50,294 nt of DNA from Burkholderiales bacterium (lineage in GTDB: Bacteria; Pseudomonadota; Gammaproteobacteria; Burkholderiales; SG8-39). The stretch spans positions 1 through 50,294 of the forward strand of contig JALOSW010000004.1 of assembly GCA_025458245.1 (NCBI GenBank), given 5' to 3'. Of the stretch, positions 23,977 to 36,847 are shown one piece after another. Within the stretch, counting starts at the first letter, position 1; every line of letters begins with the position of its first letter. The translations under genes were made by a program, and so were the position numbers. The notes under the pieces were generated by a model. It worked only from the letters and a program-made list of their open reading frames with translations. It searched no databases and had not been told where the DNA came from.

Positions 23977-26559
23977 TTGAACAGCGTGCCCGCCGCCGTC
24001 CCGCGTCTGCCCGCGCCCGCCGCGGAGCTACGCAAGTGGCTCGCGGCCGAGCGCGCCGCGTTGCGCGATGAATACCTCGCGGCGCCGGACGCGCGTCGAT
24101 ACCTGCGCGGCCATCGACTCGTCGTCGATCGGCTCGTGCGCGAGATCTGGCGCGATCTCCCCATCGGCAAGCGGGCCGCGCTCGTCGCCGTCGGGGGCTA
24201 CGGCCGCGGCGAGCTCTTCCCGCACTCGGACGTCGACATCCTGATCCTGCTGCCCGCCGACGCCCGTCTCGAGGATCAGCAGGCGATCGAAGGGTTCGTG
24301 AGCGGACTGTGGGATGCCGGCATCGAGCTCGGGCACAGCGTTCGCACTGTCGACGACTGCTGCGTCGAGGCCGCGCGCGACGTCACCGTGCAGACGACGC
24401 TCCTCGAAGCGCGTCTGCTCGCGGGCAGTCGCTCGCTCTTCAGGCGCTTCGAGTCGACCGTCCGGGGCGGGTTCGAGCCGCAGGCGTTCTTCAAGGCGAA
24501 GCGTCTCGAGCAGGAGCAGCGGCACGCCAAGTTCAACGAGAGCGCGTACAGCCTCGAGCCCAACCTCAAGGAATCCCCTGGCGGCCTGCGGGATCTGCAG
24601 GTGATCCTCTGGGTGAGCCGCGCAAGCGGCTTCGGCAACGCGTGGCGCGACCTCGCGCGGGGCGGGCTGGTGACGCCGGTCGAGTCGCGTCAGCTCGCGC
24701 GCGTGGAACGCGTACTCCAGGACGCGCGAATCCGGCTGCACTTCATCGCCGGGCGCCGCGAGGACCGGATCCTGTTCGATTTTCAGGACGCGCTCGCCCG
24801 CCAGCTCGGCTTCGCCCCCACGAGCGCGAAGCGCGCGAGCGAGCGCTTCATGCAGCGCTATTACCGCACCGCCAAGGCGGTCACGCAGCTCAACACCATC
24901 CTGCTGCAGAACCTCGGCGCCGCGATCTTCCCCGGCCACGCTGCCGAGCCGACGCCCATCGACGAGCGCTTCCAAGCCGTGCGCGAGCTGCTCGACGCGC
25001 GCGACCCGACGATCTTCGAGCGCGAACCCGCGGCGATCCTCGAGAGCTTCCTGCTCCTGCAGAAGCACTCCGAGCTGAAGGGCATGACTGCGCCGACGCT
25101 GCGCGCCTTGTGGCGGGCGCGGATGCGCATCGACGGCCGATTCCGGCGCAACCCGGCGAACCGCCGCCTCTTCCTCGAGATCCTCCAGCAGCCGCGCGGC
25201 ATCGTGCACGAGCTGCGCCGCATGAACCAGTACTCGATCCTCGGCCGCTGCATCCCCGAGTTCGCCAGGATCGTCGGCCAGATGCAGCACGACCTCTTCC
25301 ACGTCTACACGGTGGACCAGCACATCCTCCAGGTGCTGCGCAACGTGCGCCGGTTCACCATGGTCGAGTTCTCGCACGAGTACCCGCTCTGCAGCCGGCT
25401 GATCGCCAACTTCGAGCGGCCCTGGCTGCTCTACGTCGCGGCGCTCTTTCACGACATCGCCAAAGGCCGGGGCGGCGATCACTCCCAGCTCGGCAAGGTC
25501 GATGTCGGACGGTTCGCGCGCGCGCACGGCTTTTCCCGGGAAGACACCGAGCTGGTCGAGTTTCTGGTGGAGCACCACCTCACCATGTCGAGCGTGGCGC
25601 AGAAGCAGGATCTCTCCGATCCGGAGGTCGTGCAGGCCTTCGCGCAGATCGCACGGACCGAACGGCGGCTCGTCGCGCTCTATCTCCTCACCGTGGCCGA
25701 CATCCGCGGCACGAGCCCGAAGGTCTGGAACGCGTGGAAGGGAAAGCTTCTCGAGGATCTCTTCCGTGCCACGCGCCGGGCCTTGCGCGGCGACACGGCG
25801 CCGATCGACCAGGACATCCAGGCGAAACAGGCCGAGGCGACGCGCCTGCTACGCCTTTACGCGCTCTCCGATTCCGTCAAGGAGGCGCTTTGGAAAGAGT
25901 TCGACGTCGCCTACTTCCTGCGCCACGACCCGCAGGAGATCGCCTGGCAGACGCGCAATCTGCACTACCGCGTGAATGCAGACCGTCCGGTCGTGAAGGC
26001 GCGTCTGTCGCCGATCGGCGAGGGCCTGCAGGTCATGATCTACACGCGCGACTCGAAAGACCTGTTCGCGCGGATCTGCGGCTACTTCGGCGAACTGCGC
26101 TTCAACATCGTCGAGGCGAAGATCCACACCACGCGGCACGGCTACGCGCTCGACACGTTCCTGGTCCTCGGCGTCGGGCCCGGGCACCACTACCGCGAGA
26201 TGATCAGCCTGGTGGAGCACGACCTGGCGGACCGGCTGGCCTCCGATGCGACCATGCCGGAGCCGCCGCGCGGCCGGGTCTCGCGTCAGCTGAAGCATTT
26301 CCCGATCGAGCCCGAGGTCAACGTGCGCCCCGACGAGCGCGGCCAGTTCCACTCGCTGTCGGTCACGGCAGGAGACCGTCCCGGACTGCTCTATTCGATC
26401 GCGCGCGTTCTGGGACGCTACGACATCGTCCTGCGCACGGCGAAGATCGTGACGCTCGGCGAGCGCGCCGAGGACGTGTTCGTCGTGAGCGGCGCGGCGC
26501 TCGCCAATCCGCGCACCGTGCTGGCGGTCGAGCAGGACCTCCTCGCCGCGGTGCAGTGA
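23977..26559 (+). CDS. glnD: [protein-PII] uridylyltransferase
   Basis: AVGGYGRGELFPHSDVD, EPNLKESPGGLRD, HD domain (LFHDIAKGRGGDHS) and C-terminal ACT domains; TTG start approximate. Confidence 0.97.
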   Translation: MNSVPAAVPRLPAPAAELRKWLAAERAALRDEYLAAPDARRYLRGHRLVVDRLVREIWRDLPIGKRAALVAVGGYGRGELFPHSDVDILILLPADARLEDQQAIEGFVSGLWDAGIELGHSVRTVDDCCVEAARDVTVQTTLLEARLLAGSRSLFRRFESTVRGGFEPQAFFKAKRLEQEQRHAKFNESAYSLEPNLKESPGGLRDLQVILWVSRASGFGNAWRDLARGGLVTPVESRQLARVERVLQDARIRLHFIAGRREDRILFDFQDALARQLGFAPTSAKRASERFMQRYYRTAKAVTQLNTILLQNLGAAIFPGHAAEPTPIDERFQAVRELLDARDPTIFEREPAAILESFLLLQKHSELKGMTAPTLRALWRARMRIDGRFRRNPANRRLFLEILQQPRGIVHELRRMNQYSILGRCIPEFARIVGQMQHDLFHVYTVDQHILQVLRNVRRFTMVEFSHEYPLCSRLIANFERPWLLYVAALFHDIAKGRGGDHSQLGKVDVGRFARAHGFSREDTELVEFLVEHHLTMSSVAQKQDLSDPEVVQAFAQIARTERRLVALYLLTVADIRGTSPKVWNAWKGKLLEDLFRATRRALRGDTAPIDQDIQAKQAEATRLLRLYALSDSVKEALWKEFDVAYFLRHDPQEIAWQTRNLHYRVNADRPVVKARLSPIGEGLQVMIYTRDSKDLFARICGYFGELRFNIVEAKIHTTRHGYALDTFLVLGVGPGHHYREMISLVEHDLADRLASDATMPEPPRGRVSRQLKHFPIEPEVNVRPDERGQFHSLSVTAGDRPGLLYSIARVLGRYDIVLRTAKIVTLGERAEDVFVVSGAALANPRTVLAVEQDLLAAVQ

Positions 26560-26562
26560 AGC

Positions 26563-26680
26563 AGGATCTAGGATCTAGGATCTAGGATCTAGGATTGAGA
26601 CCTCAATCCTCGATCCTCAATCCTGAATCCTCGATCCTCAATCCTGAATCCTGGATCCTCAATCCTGAATCCTCAATCCT
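26563..26680. repeat. inverted array of 7-bp tandem repeats
   Basis: (AGGATCT)x4 + AGGATTG at 26563-26597, then 11 CCTSRAT units (CCTCAAT/CCTCGAT/CCTGAAT/CCTGGAT) at 26601-26677 in the opposite orientation. Confidence 0.95.
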
Positions 26681-27206
26681 CGTCGCCCAGATCCTGATCG
26701 GGGAAGAGCGCCGCATTGAACCCGAACTTCGAAAGGTCGGGAATGCGCATCGGATACAGGATGCCGGCAAGGTGGTCGCACTCGTGCTGCACGACGCGGG
26801 CGTGGAAACCGGACACGGTTCGATCGATCGGCGCGCCGCTCTCGTCGTAGCCGCGATAGCGAAGCCGCGCGTAGCGCGGCACCAGACCCCGCATCCCGGG
26901 CACCGACAGACAGCCCTCCCACGCCTCCTCCATCTCGCTTCCGAGCGGCTCGAGCTCGGGATTGATGAGCACGGTGTCGGGCACCTCCTCGGCGTCCGGG
27001 TAACGCGGGTTCCTGCGCACGCCGAAAATCACCACCTGCAGCCCGACCCCGATCTGGGGTGCGGCGAGCCCGGCGCCGCTGAGATGCGCCATCGTGTCGC
27101 GCATGTCCGCGAGCAGCGCTCGCAGCTCCGGCGTGCCGAACGCGGCAACCGGGCGCGCGCGCTCGAGGAGCCGCGCGTCGCCCATGCGAAGGACTTCGCG
27201 AATCAT
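26673..27206 (-). CDS. def: peptide deformylase
   Basis: [18 protein letters not shown] and QHECDHL motifs. Confidence 0.96.
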   Translation of the reverse strand: MIREVLRMGDARLLERARPVAAFGTPELRALLADMRDTMAHLSGAGLAAPQIGVGLQVVIFGVRRNPRYPDAEEVPDTVLINPELEPLGSEMEEAWEGCLSVPGMRGLVPRYARLRYRGYDESGAPIDRTVSGFHARVVQHECDHLAGILYPMRIPDLSKFGFNAALFPDQDLGDED

Positions 27207-27221
27207 GCCCGTGCCGCCTGT

Positions 27222-27962
27222 TCAGCCGCCGACTGCGAGGCGTTCGATGATGCGTCGCGCGCGCGTGAGCGTCTCGTGCAGCATCCGTTCGATCGTCTCG
27301 AACGGAATCGAGCGGGCGCTCTCGCCGCGACCAGCGGCATGGTTGACCACCACGGCGAGTGTCGCGTACGGCAAGTCGATCTCGCGTGCGAGCGACGCTT
27401 CCGGCATGCCCGTCATGCCGACCATGTCGGCGCCGTCGCGCTCGAGCCGGTCGATCTCGGCCTTGGTCTCGAGGCGCGGGCCCTGAGTGGTCGCGTACAC
27501 GCCGCCGTCGAACACCTGCTCCGATGCGGCCGCCGCCGCAGCGAGGAGTTTGCCGCGCAGCGTTTCGCTGTAGGGCTCGGTGAAGTCGACATGCTTGACC
27601 GGAACGTCGCCGCCCTCGAAATACGTGCTGCGGCGTCCCCATGTGTAGTCGAGGATCTGATCGGGCACGGCCATCGTTCCGGGGCCCAGTTCCGAGCGGA
27701 TGCCGCCCACCGATGCGACCGAGACGATCTCCGTCGCGCCCTCGGACTTCAGCGCCCAGAGATTCGCGCGGTAGTTCACCTCGTGCGGCGGAATCGTGTG
27801 GCCGTAGCCGTGTCGCGCCAGAAACATCACCTCGGCGCCGAGAAGCGTGCCGAACGTGATCGCGCCCGACGGCTCGCCGTAGGGGGTGCGCACCGCGCGG
27901 CGGTGTGTCACTTCGAGGTTCGAGAGCTGGGTGAGGCCGCTGCCGCCGATGATCGCAAGCAT
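27222..27962 (-). CDS. mtnP: S-methyl-5'-thioinosine/5'-methylthioadenosine phosphorylase
   Basis: AIIGGSG, TPYGEPS, FLARHG..H.IPPHEVNYRAN, QGPRLET.AE and VGMTGMPEA motifs; exact substrate not determinable from sequence here. Confidence 0.88.
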   Translation of the reverse strand: MLAIIGGSGLTQLSNLEVTHRRAVRTPYGEPSGAITFGTLLGAEVMFLARHGYGHTIPPHEVNYRANLWALKSEGATEIVSVASVGGIRSELGPGTMAVPDQILDYTWGRRSTYFEGGDVPVKHVDFTEPYSETLRGKLLAAAAAASEQVFDGGVYATTQGPRLETKAEIDRLERDGADMVGMTGMPEASLAREIDLPYATLAVVVNHAAGRGESARSIPFETIERMLHETLTRARRIIERLAVGG

Positions 27963-28079
27963 CGCTGGGGAGTCCGCAGAGTCAGGAGCGTTGAGCCGGG
28001 TCGCGGAGCCGGCTGCCCGATCGGCCGTCCCCGCGGGCAGCGAGGATGCGCGATCCCGGCCCGCACCGCAAGCGCCGTC

Positions 28080-28631
28080 TCAGCCTTCCTGGAGCGCGTA
28101 GATCGAAGGAAGGTTCCGCCAGGAGCCGTACGCGTCGAGACCGCAGCCGAACACGAAGCGGTCGGGCACGCGCACGCCGACGAAATCGGCGGTCACGGGC
28201 TTTTGCTTTCCCGTCGTCTTGTCGGCGAGCACCGCCACGTGGCACGACGCCGCGCCGAGTTCCAGCACCTTGGCCTTGATCGCCGCGAGCGTCTCGCCGA
28301 CGTCGAGAATGTCGTCGACGATGATCACGGCCCTGCCTCTGACCGATTCGCGCGGCTCGGCCCGCCAGCGCAGGCCGGTGCCTGCCACCTCGTCGCCATA
28401 GCGCGAGGCGTGCACGTAATCGAGATGGAGCGGGAACCGCAGGAGCGGGAGCAGCCTTCCGCAGAAGTACACCGCCCCGTTCATCACGCACAGAAGCAGC
28501 GGATAGCGGTCCCGGAATCCCGTCGTGATCTGCGCCGCGACGTCGCGGATGCCGCGCTCGACCTCTTCCTCGCTCGCGACCTCGTCGGCGGTCTCGAGCA
28601 TGCGCCAGGCTTCCGCGGCGGAGAGCGCCAT
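28080..28631 (-). CDS. hpt: hypoxanthine-guanine phosphoribosyltransferase
   Basis: CVMNG, HASRY, IIVDDILDVGETL PRPP loop and FVFGCGLD motifs. Confidence 0.92.
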   Translation of the reverse strand: MALSAAEAWRMLETADEVASEEEVERGIRDVAAQITTGFRDRYPLLLCVMNGAVYFCGRLLPLLRFPLHLDYVHASRYGDEVAGTGLRWRAEPRESVRGRAVIIVDDILDVGETLAAIKAKVLELGAASCHVAVLADKTTGKQKPVTADFVGVRVPDRFVFGCGLDAYGSWRNLPSIYALQEG

Positions 28632-28647
28632 CCGCAGCCCGCGCCGT

Positions 28648-29016
28648 TCAGTAGGTGAACGTGACGACGTCGTCGTCCATCGCCTGCGAGATCACGTACG
28701 CGCCGCCGACGGTCTCCTCGATCTCGGGGATCAGATCCTCGCCCCAGAGCTCGAGGGTGGGCGTGCAGACCTTGAACTTCACGCCGGCTTCGTGCGCGTC
28801 TTTCATGAAGTCGTAAACGCTCTTCGGCGAGCCTTCCTTCACGTGAAGCTTCTCGGCGACGCCCTTCACCGCGAGCTTGCCCGCGGCGCCGGTCATGATG
28901 ACCTCGACCTCGTACTCCATCGCGGCGGCGACGGTCGCTTGGAAGAACGGCGCGCCGAGCTCCGCGCCGCTGCGCGGATCGGTGTTCACCATCACGATCA
29001 TCAGTTTGTCGGCCAT
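28648..29016 (-). CDS. DsrE/DsrF-like family protein
   Basis: About 122 aa with the DsrE-like pattern PFFQATVAAAMEYEVEVIMTG...AHEAGVKFKVC...GGAYVI...TF and a single Cys; purine-rich RBS upstream. Confidence 0.8.
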   Translation of the reverse strand: MADKLMIVMVNTDPRSGAELGAPFFQATVAAAMEYEVEVIMTGAAGKLAVKGVAEKLHVKEGSPKSVYDFMKDAHEAGVKFKVCTPTLELWGEDLIPEIEETVGGAYVISQAMDDDVVTFTY

Positions 29017-29062
29017 CACACTCTCCCCCTCGCAATATTAGCGAACGCTAAATTTCGGCGGC

Positions 29063-29091
29063 AGTATATGCCGATTTCCGGGGGTGTCCAA
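29063..29091 (-). promoter_or_regulatory. sigma70 promoter candidate for dsrE-hpt-mtnP-def
   Basis: TTGGAC (29091-29086), 17-nt spacer, TATACT (29068-29063) in the galU-dsrE gap. Confidence 0.55.
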
Positions 29092-29100
29092 GGGCGACGG

Positions 29101-29982
29101 TCAACCGCCCTTGCCGAGCGACCCGAGGTACGCGCGGAAGTCCGCGCCGACCTCCGGATGGCGCTGGCCGAAGACCACGGTTGCCTGGAGGTAGCCGAGC
29201 TTCGAGCCACAGTCGTAGCGCGTCCCGGCGAACCGATAGGCGAGCACCCGTTCCTCGCGAAGCAGCGACGCGATCCCGTCTGTGAGCTGGATCTCGCCGC
29301 CCGACCCCGGGTTGACCTGCTGCAGGTGATCGAAGGTGCGCGCCGAAAGGATGTAGCGGCCGATCACCGCGAGGTTCGATGGCGCATCCTCGGGCTTGGG
29401 CTTCTCGACGATGCCGCGGATGATCTCGGTGGTCTTGCCCCAGGGCTCCGCCTTCACGATCCCGTAAGAGCGCGTCTGCTCGCGCGGCACCTCCTGCACG
29501 CCGAGCACGGAGCACTGCTGCGCCTCGAACAGCTCGGTCATCTGCCGCATCACCGGCGGCTCGCCATCGATGAGGTCGTCGGCGAGGATCACGGCGAACG
29601 GCTCTTCGCCGACCACGGGTCGCGCGCAGAGCACCGCGTGCCCCAACCCGAGGGCCTCGGCCTGGCGGATGTAGATGCAGTTCACCGATTTCGGCGTCAC
29701 CTCGCGCACGGCGGCGAGGAGATCCTGCTTGCCGCGCGCCTCGAGCTCGACTTCGAGCTCGTAGGCCTTGTCGAAGTGGTCCTCGATGGCGCGCTTGTTA
29801 CGGCCCGTGATGAAGATCATGTCCGTGATGCCGGCTGCCGCCGCCTCCTCCACCGCGTACTGAATCAGCGGTTTGTCGACGATCGGCAGCATCTCCTTGG
29901 GGCTCGCCTTGGTCACGGGAAGAAACCGGGTGCCCATGCCGGCCACCGGAAACACTGCCTTGCGAACGTGTTGGAAGCTCAT
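29101..29982 (-). CDS. galU: UTP--glucose-1-phosphate uridylyltransferase
   Basis: [34 protein letters not shown] and GEIQLTD motifs. Confidence 0.97.
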   Translation of the reverse strand: MSFQHVRKAVFPVAGMGTRFLPVTKASPKEMLPIVDKPLIQYAVEEAAAAGITDMIFITGRNKRAIEDHFDKAYELEVELEARGKQDLLAAVREVTPKSVNCIYIRQAEALGLGHAVLCARPVVGEEPFAVILADDLIDGEPPVMRQMTELFEAQQCSVLGVQEVPREQTRSYGIVKAEPWGKTTEIIRGIVEKPKPEDAPSNLAVIGRYILSARTFDHLQQVNPGSGGEIQLTDGIASLLREERVLAYRFAGTRYDCGSKLGYLQATVVFGQRHPEVGADFRAYLGSLGKGG

Positions 29983-29989
29983 GTCCTCT

Positions 29990-33111
<3,122 letters not shown>

Positions 33112-33166
33112 GTGTGCCCTCGGGGCCGTTCGCCCTCGTTGCCGCCCGGCCGAGGCCGGGTGCCGC

Positions 33167-36100
33167 TTATGCGGCGACCGCCCGGTCGCGCATTTGCAGC
33201 GCCTCTTCGATATCCACCGCCACGACGCGCGACACGCCGGACTCCTGCATCGTGACCCCGATCAGCTGTTGCGCGAGCTCCATCGTGATCTTGTTGTGGC
33301 TGATGAACAGGAACTGCGTGTTCGCCGACATCTTCTTCACCAGATTGCAGAAGCGCTCGGTGTTGGTGTCGTCGAGCGGCGCGTCGACCTCGTCCAGCAG
33401 GCAGAAGGGTGCGGGGTTCAACTGGAACAGCGCGAAGATGAGCGCCGTCGCGGTCAAGGCCTTCTCGCCCCCGGATAGCAGATGGATGCTCGTGTTCTTC
33501 TTGCCGGGCGGGTGCGCCATCACCTGGACGCCTGCGTCGAGTACTTCCTCGCCCGTCATGACGAGCTTGGCATCCCCGCCGCCGAACAGAGTGGGGAAAA
33601 GCTGCCCGAAGTGCTCGTTCGCGCGGTCGAACGTGTCCTGCAGCCGCTCGCGGGTCTCGCGGTCGATGCGCCGGATGGCGTTCTCGAGCGTCGTGAGCGC
33701 CTCGGCGAGGTCGGTCGACTGGGAGTCGAGAAAATCCTTGCGCTCCCGGCTCGATTCCAGCTCTTCCAGCGCCGCGAGGTTCACGGCCCCGAGTTCGGCG
33801 ATCGCCTGCTGGATCCGCCCGATCTCGCTCTGCAGCGCCCCCGCGCGCAGCCCCTTCTCGAGGGACTGGGCGAGCAGCGCCTCGTCGGCTCCGGCCTCGA
33901 AGAGCTGCTGCGCGTACTGTTCGTAATTAAGCCGGGCCGCCTGCTCCTTGAGCCGCACCTCACCGATGCGGTCGCGAAGCGGCTGCAGCCGCTGCTCACT
34001 GGCGAGCCGCGCCTCGTCGGCGCCCCGCAGCCGGTTGGTCAGATCCTCGAGCCGGTCGCGGGCGGCACCGACGACGCCCTCGCGCTCGACGCGCAGCGCC
34101 AGGGCCTCCTGGAGCGACGCACGCAGCGGCTCGTCCCGCAGCTCGCCGAGTTCGGCATCGATCCGCTCACGCTCGGCAATGGCCCTGGCCTGCTGCTCAT
34201 GTGCTGTCTCAATAAAACGATCGATCTCATTGATTTTATTGTCTGCCTCACGACCGAGAAACCCGGTCTCCTGGGCTTCGCGCTCAGCCGCCGCGACCGC
34301 TTTCCGCTGCTCGTCGAGCGCCCCTTCGGCGGCCTGATGCCCGGTGCGCACACTCTCGAACTCGGCCCAGAGACGGTCGATTTCCGCCTGATGCCGTTCG
34401 AGATTCGCCTCGACCTCGCCCTGGCGAGCCCGCTCCCGTTCTTTCTCGGCGCGAATCTCGCCGACCTCGGCGGCGATCTGGGCGCTCCGCTCCTCTGCGC
34501 GCGCCTGGCTCTCGGTCAGGCGGAGGTGGGAGAGCTCGGCCTCGTGGCTGCTCTGCTTCAGGGCTGCCTCGGCGTCGCGCTCTCGCGCCATGCTCGTCCG
34601 ATGCTCGGCAAGCGCCGCCTCGGCTTCGGTGAGCCCAAGCCGTGCGGCATCGACCCGATCGGCAACGCCGACCGACTCCGCAGCTAGCGCCTCGATCTCC
34701 CGCTGGCGAGCGAGGATCCCGGTGTCGGCCGCGTCCGGTGCGTGGAAGGAGACCGACAAGCGCCGGAATTGATGCCCGGCGGCGTTCACGAGCACGACGC
34801 CCGCCGGCAGGGCGAGTCGCGCCATCAGCCGGGGCACGCCATCCGCCGCGTAATAGCCCGCGAGCCAGTCTTCGATCAGCGGTCGCAGCCCCGGGTCATG
34901 GGTGGCAACGAGATCGGCGAGAGGGCGATGCCCCGCAATGGCGACCGTGTCGGCGGCACCGCCGCGCGAGAATACGGACACTTTCGCAGGCGGCGGGTCG
35001 TCCAGGAGGCGCTGGAGCGTGTCGGGGTCGTCCAGCTCGAGCGCGTGCAGCCGCTCGCGGAGGACCGACTCGAGCGCCGACTCCCAGCCTGGCTCGACCG
35101 TGACCTTCTGCCAGAGCCGCGGGAGCGACGCGAGCGAGTGCCGCGCCAGCCAATCCTGGATCTGGCCGTTCTCTTCGACCCGATCCTGTATCTGCTTCAG
35201 TGCCGCGAGGCGCCCGTCCAGCACGCTCTTATCCCGTTCGAGCGCCTGAAGTCGTGCGAGCGCGTCGGCTCGGGCTGCTTCCCGGGACGGCAGTGCCGCC
35301 GAGAGGTCCGCCAGCGCTCCGCTCCGCGCGGCGAGGGCTGCGGCGAATTGCTCGATCTGTGCCGCGACTTCGGCGAGCCGCTCGGGCTCGGGCTGTGCGA
35401 GCGCCTGCCGCTCGGCCGCGAGCCGTTCTTCGCGCGTCTCGAGCTGCGCGAGGAGCTTCCCGGCGTGCGCGAGGTGCGTCTGCTCGATCTGGAACGCCTG
35501 CTCGGCCAGCGCGATCGCCGCGCGGGCATCGGTCACGCGCGTCTGCTCGGTTCGGTACGCGGTCTCGAGGTCGGGGAGCTTGGCGCGCTCGACGTCCACG
35601 CGCGCGTTCGCGGCGGCGAGCCGCGCCTGCGTGGACTCCTTGCGCTCCGTCCACATCGTGCGCGCGTCGGCGAGCTCCGCCCCCCGACGCTCGGCTTCGG
35701 CGAGCTGCGCGGCCAGCGCGCCCGCCTGGGCGTCGAGGCGCTGGCGCGTTTCCGTGATGAAACGAATCTCGGCCTCGAGACGCGAGACCTCGGTGTTCGC
35801 CTCGTAAAGGCCCGTCTGCGCGCTGTTCGCCGCATCCTGTGCGTGGTAGTGCTCGGTGCGCGCCTTCTCGACCGAGAGCTCGATCTCCCGCAGCCGCGCG
35901 GTCTCGGCTTCGAGTTCGTTGGTGACCTTTTCGATCTCGCGCGCATGCCGCTCGCGCTCCGCGCCGGCGTCGTTCTTGCGCAGGAGCCAGAGCAGGTTCT
36001 GCTTCTGGTGCACTTCGGCCTGCAGCGACTTGTATTGCGCGGCGACCTCCGCCTGGCGCGTGAGCTTTTCGATCTGCGCGTCGAGCTCGCGGCGGATGTC

Positions 36101-36685
36101 GTCGACCCGCGCCAGGTTCTCGCGCGTGTCCTCGAGCCGCTGCTCGGTCTCGCGGCGGCGCTCCTTGTACTTCGAGACGCCCGCCGCCTCCTCGAGGAAC
36201 ACGCGCAGTTCCTCGGGCTTGGCCTCGATCACCCGCGAGATCATGCCCTGCTCGATGATCGCGTACGCGCGAGGACCGACGCCCGTGCCCAGGAAGATGT
36301 CCTGGATGTCGCGCCTGCGCACCACCTGGTTGTTGATGAAATAGTGCGACTCGCCGTCGCGCTGGAGAACGCGCTTCACGGAGATCTCGGCGAACCGCGA
36401 CCATTGTCCGGCGGCCTTGCCCATCGCGTTGTCGAACACGAGTTCGACGCTCGCGCGCGCCACCGGCTTTCTCTGCGCCGATCCGTTGAAGATCACGTCC
36501 TGCATCGACTCGCCGCGCAGCGCCGAGGCGCGGCTCTCGCCGAGCACCCACCGGACCGCATCGATGATGTTCGATTTGCCGCAGCCGTTCGGGCCGACGA
36601 CGCCGACGAGATCGCCGGGAACGCTGATGGAAGTGGGGTCGACGAACGACTTGAACCCCGCGAGCTTGATCTGGGTGAGGCGCAA
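33167..36685 (-). CDS. smc: chromosome segregation protein SMC
   Basis: GFKSF, GPNGCGKSN Walker A, coiled coils and hinge, LSGGEK and LLDEVDAPLD. Confidence 0.97.
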   Translation of the reverse strand: MRLTQIKLAGFKSFVDPTSISVPGDLVGVVGPNGCGKSNIIDAVRWVLGESRASALRGESMQDVIFNGSAQRKPVARASVELVFDNAMGKAAGQWSRFAEISVKRVLQRDGESHYFINNQVVRRRDIQDIFLGTGVGPRAYAIIEQGMISRVIEAKPEELRVFLEEAAGVSKYKERRRETEQRLEDTRENLARVDDIRRELDAQIEKLTRQAEVAAQYKSLQAEVHQKQNLLWLLRKNDAGAERERHAREIEKVTNELEAETARLREIELSVEKARTEHYHAQDAANSAQTGLYEANTEVSRLEAEIRFITETRQRLDAQAGALAAQLAEAERRGAELADARTMWTERKESTQARLAAANARVDVERAKLPDLETAYRTEQTRVTDARAAIALAEQAFQIEQTHLAHAGKLLAQLETREERLAAERQALAQPEPERLAEVAAQIEQFAAALAARSGALADLSAALPSREAARADALARLQALERDKSVLDGRLAALKQIQDRVEENGQIQDWLARHSLASLPRLWQKVTVEPGWESALESVLRERLHALELDDPDTLQRLLDDPPPAKVSVFSRGGAADTVAIAGHRPLADLVATHDPGLRPLIEDWLAGYYAADGVPRLMARLALPAGVVLVNAAGHQFRRLSVSFHAPDAADTGILARQREIEALAAESVGVADRVDAARLGLTEAEAALAEHRTSMARERDAEAALKQSSHEAELSHLRLTESQARAEERSAQIAAEVGEIRAEKERERARQGEVEANLERHQAEIDRLWAEFESVRTGHQAAEGALDEQRKAVAAAEREAQETGFLGREADNKINEIDRFIETAHEQQARAIAERERIDAELGELRDEPLRASLQEALALRVEREGVVGAARDRLEDLTNRLRGADEARLASEQRLQPLRDRIGEVRLKEQAARLNYEQYAQQLFEAGADEALLAQSLEKGLRAGALQSEIGRIQQAIAELGAVNLAALEELESSRERKDFLDSQSTDLAEALTTLENAIRRIDRETRERLQDTFDRANEHFGQLFPTLFGGGDAKLVMTGEEVLDAGVQVMAHPPGKKNTSIHLLSGGEKALTATALIFALFQLNPAPFCLLDEVDAPLDDTNTERFCNLVKKMSANTQFLFISHNKITMELAQQLIGVTMQESGVSRVVAVDIEEALQMRDRAVAA

Positions 36686-36744
36686 CTTGACCGACTCGAG
36701 AGACCGGCTGGAACGCCGGATTCGTTGGAGAAAAATCGGGCGCT

Positions 36745-36807
36745 ATGATACCACCGCGCCCGAAGCGCTCCGAGGGCGGCGGGACGCACCCGAAGAGCAC
36801 CTATAAT
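36745..36807. promoter_or_regulatory. divergent -10 elements for smc and dapC
   Basis: TGGTATCAT on minus (36753-36745) and TATAAT on plus (36802-36807); no convincing -35 elements. Confidence 0.4.
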
Positions 36808-36847
36808 TCCGGGCCTTGCGTCATCGACGCCGACATCGCCGCCGCCC

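Noticed and set aside
26595-28658. 687-aa plus-strand ORF beginning with (NPESSIL)-like peptide repeats
   Set aside because: The peptide repeat is just the translated heptamer DNA array, and the rest is antisense to def, mtnP and hpt. It is a shadow ORF.
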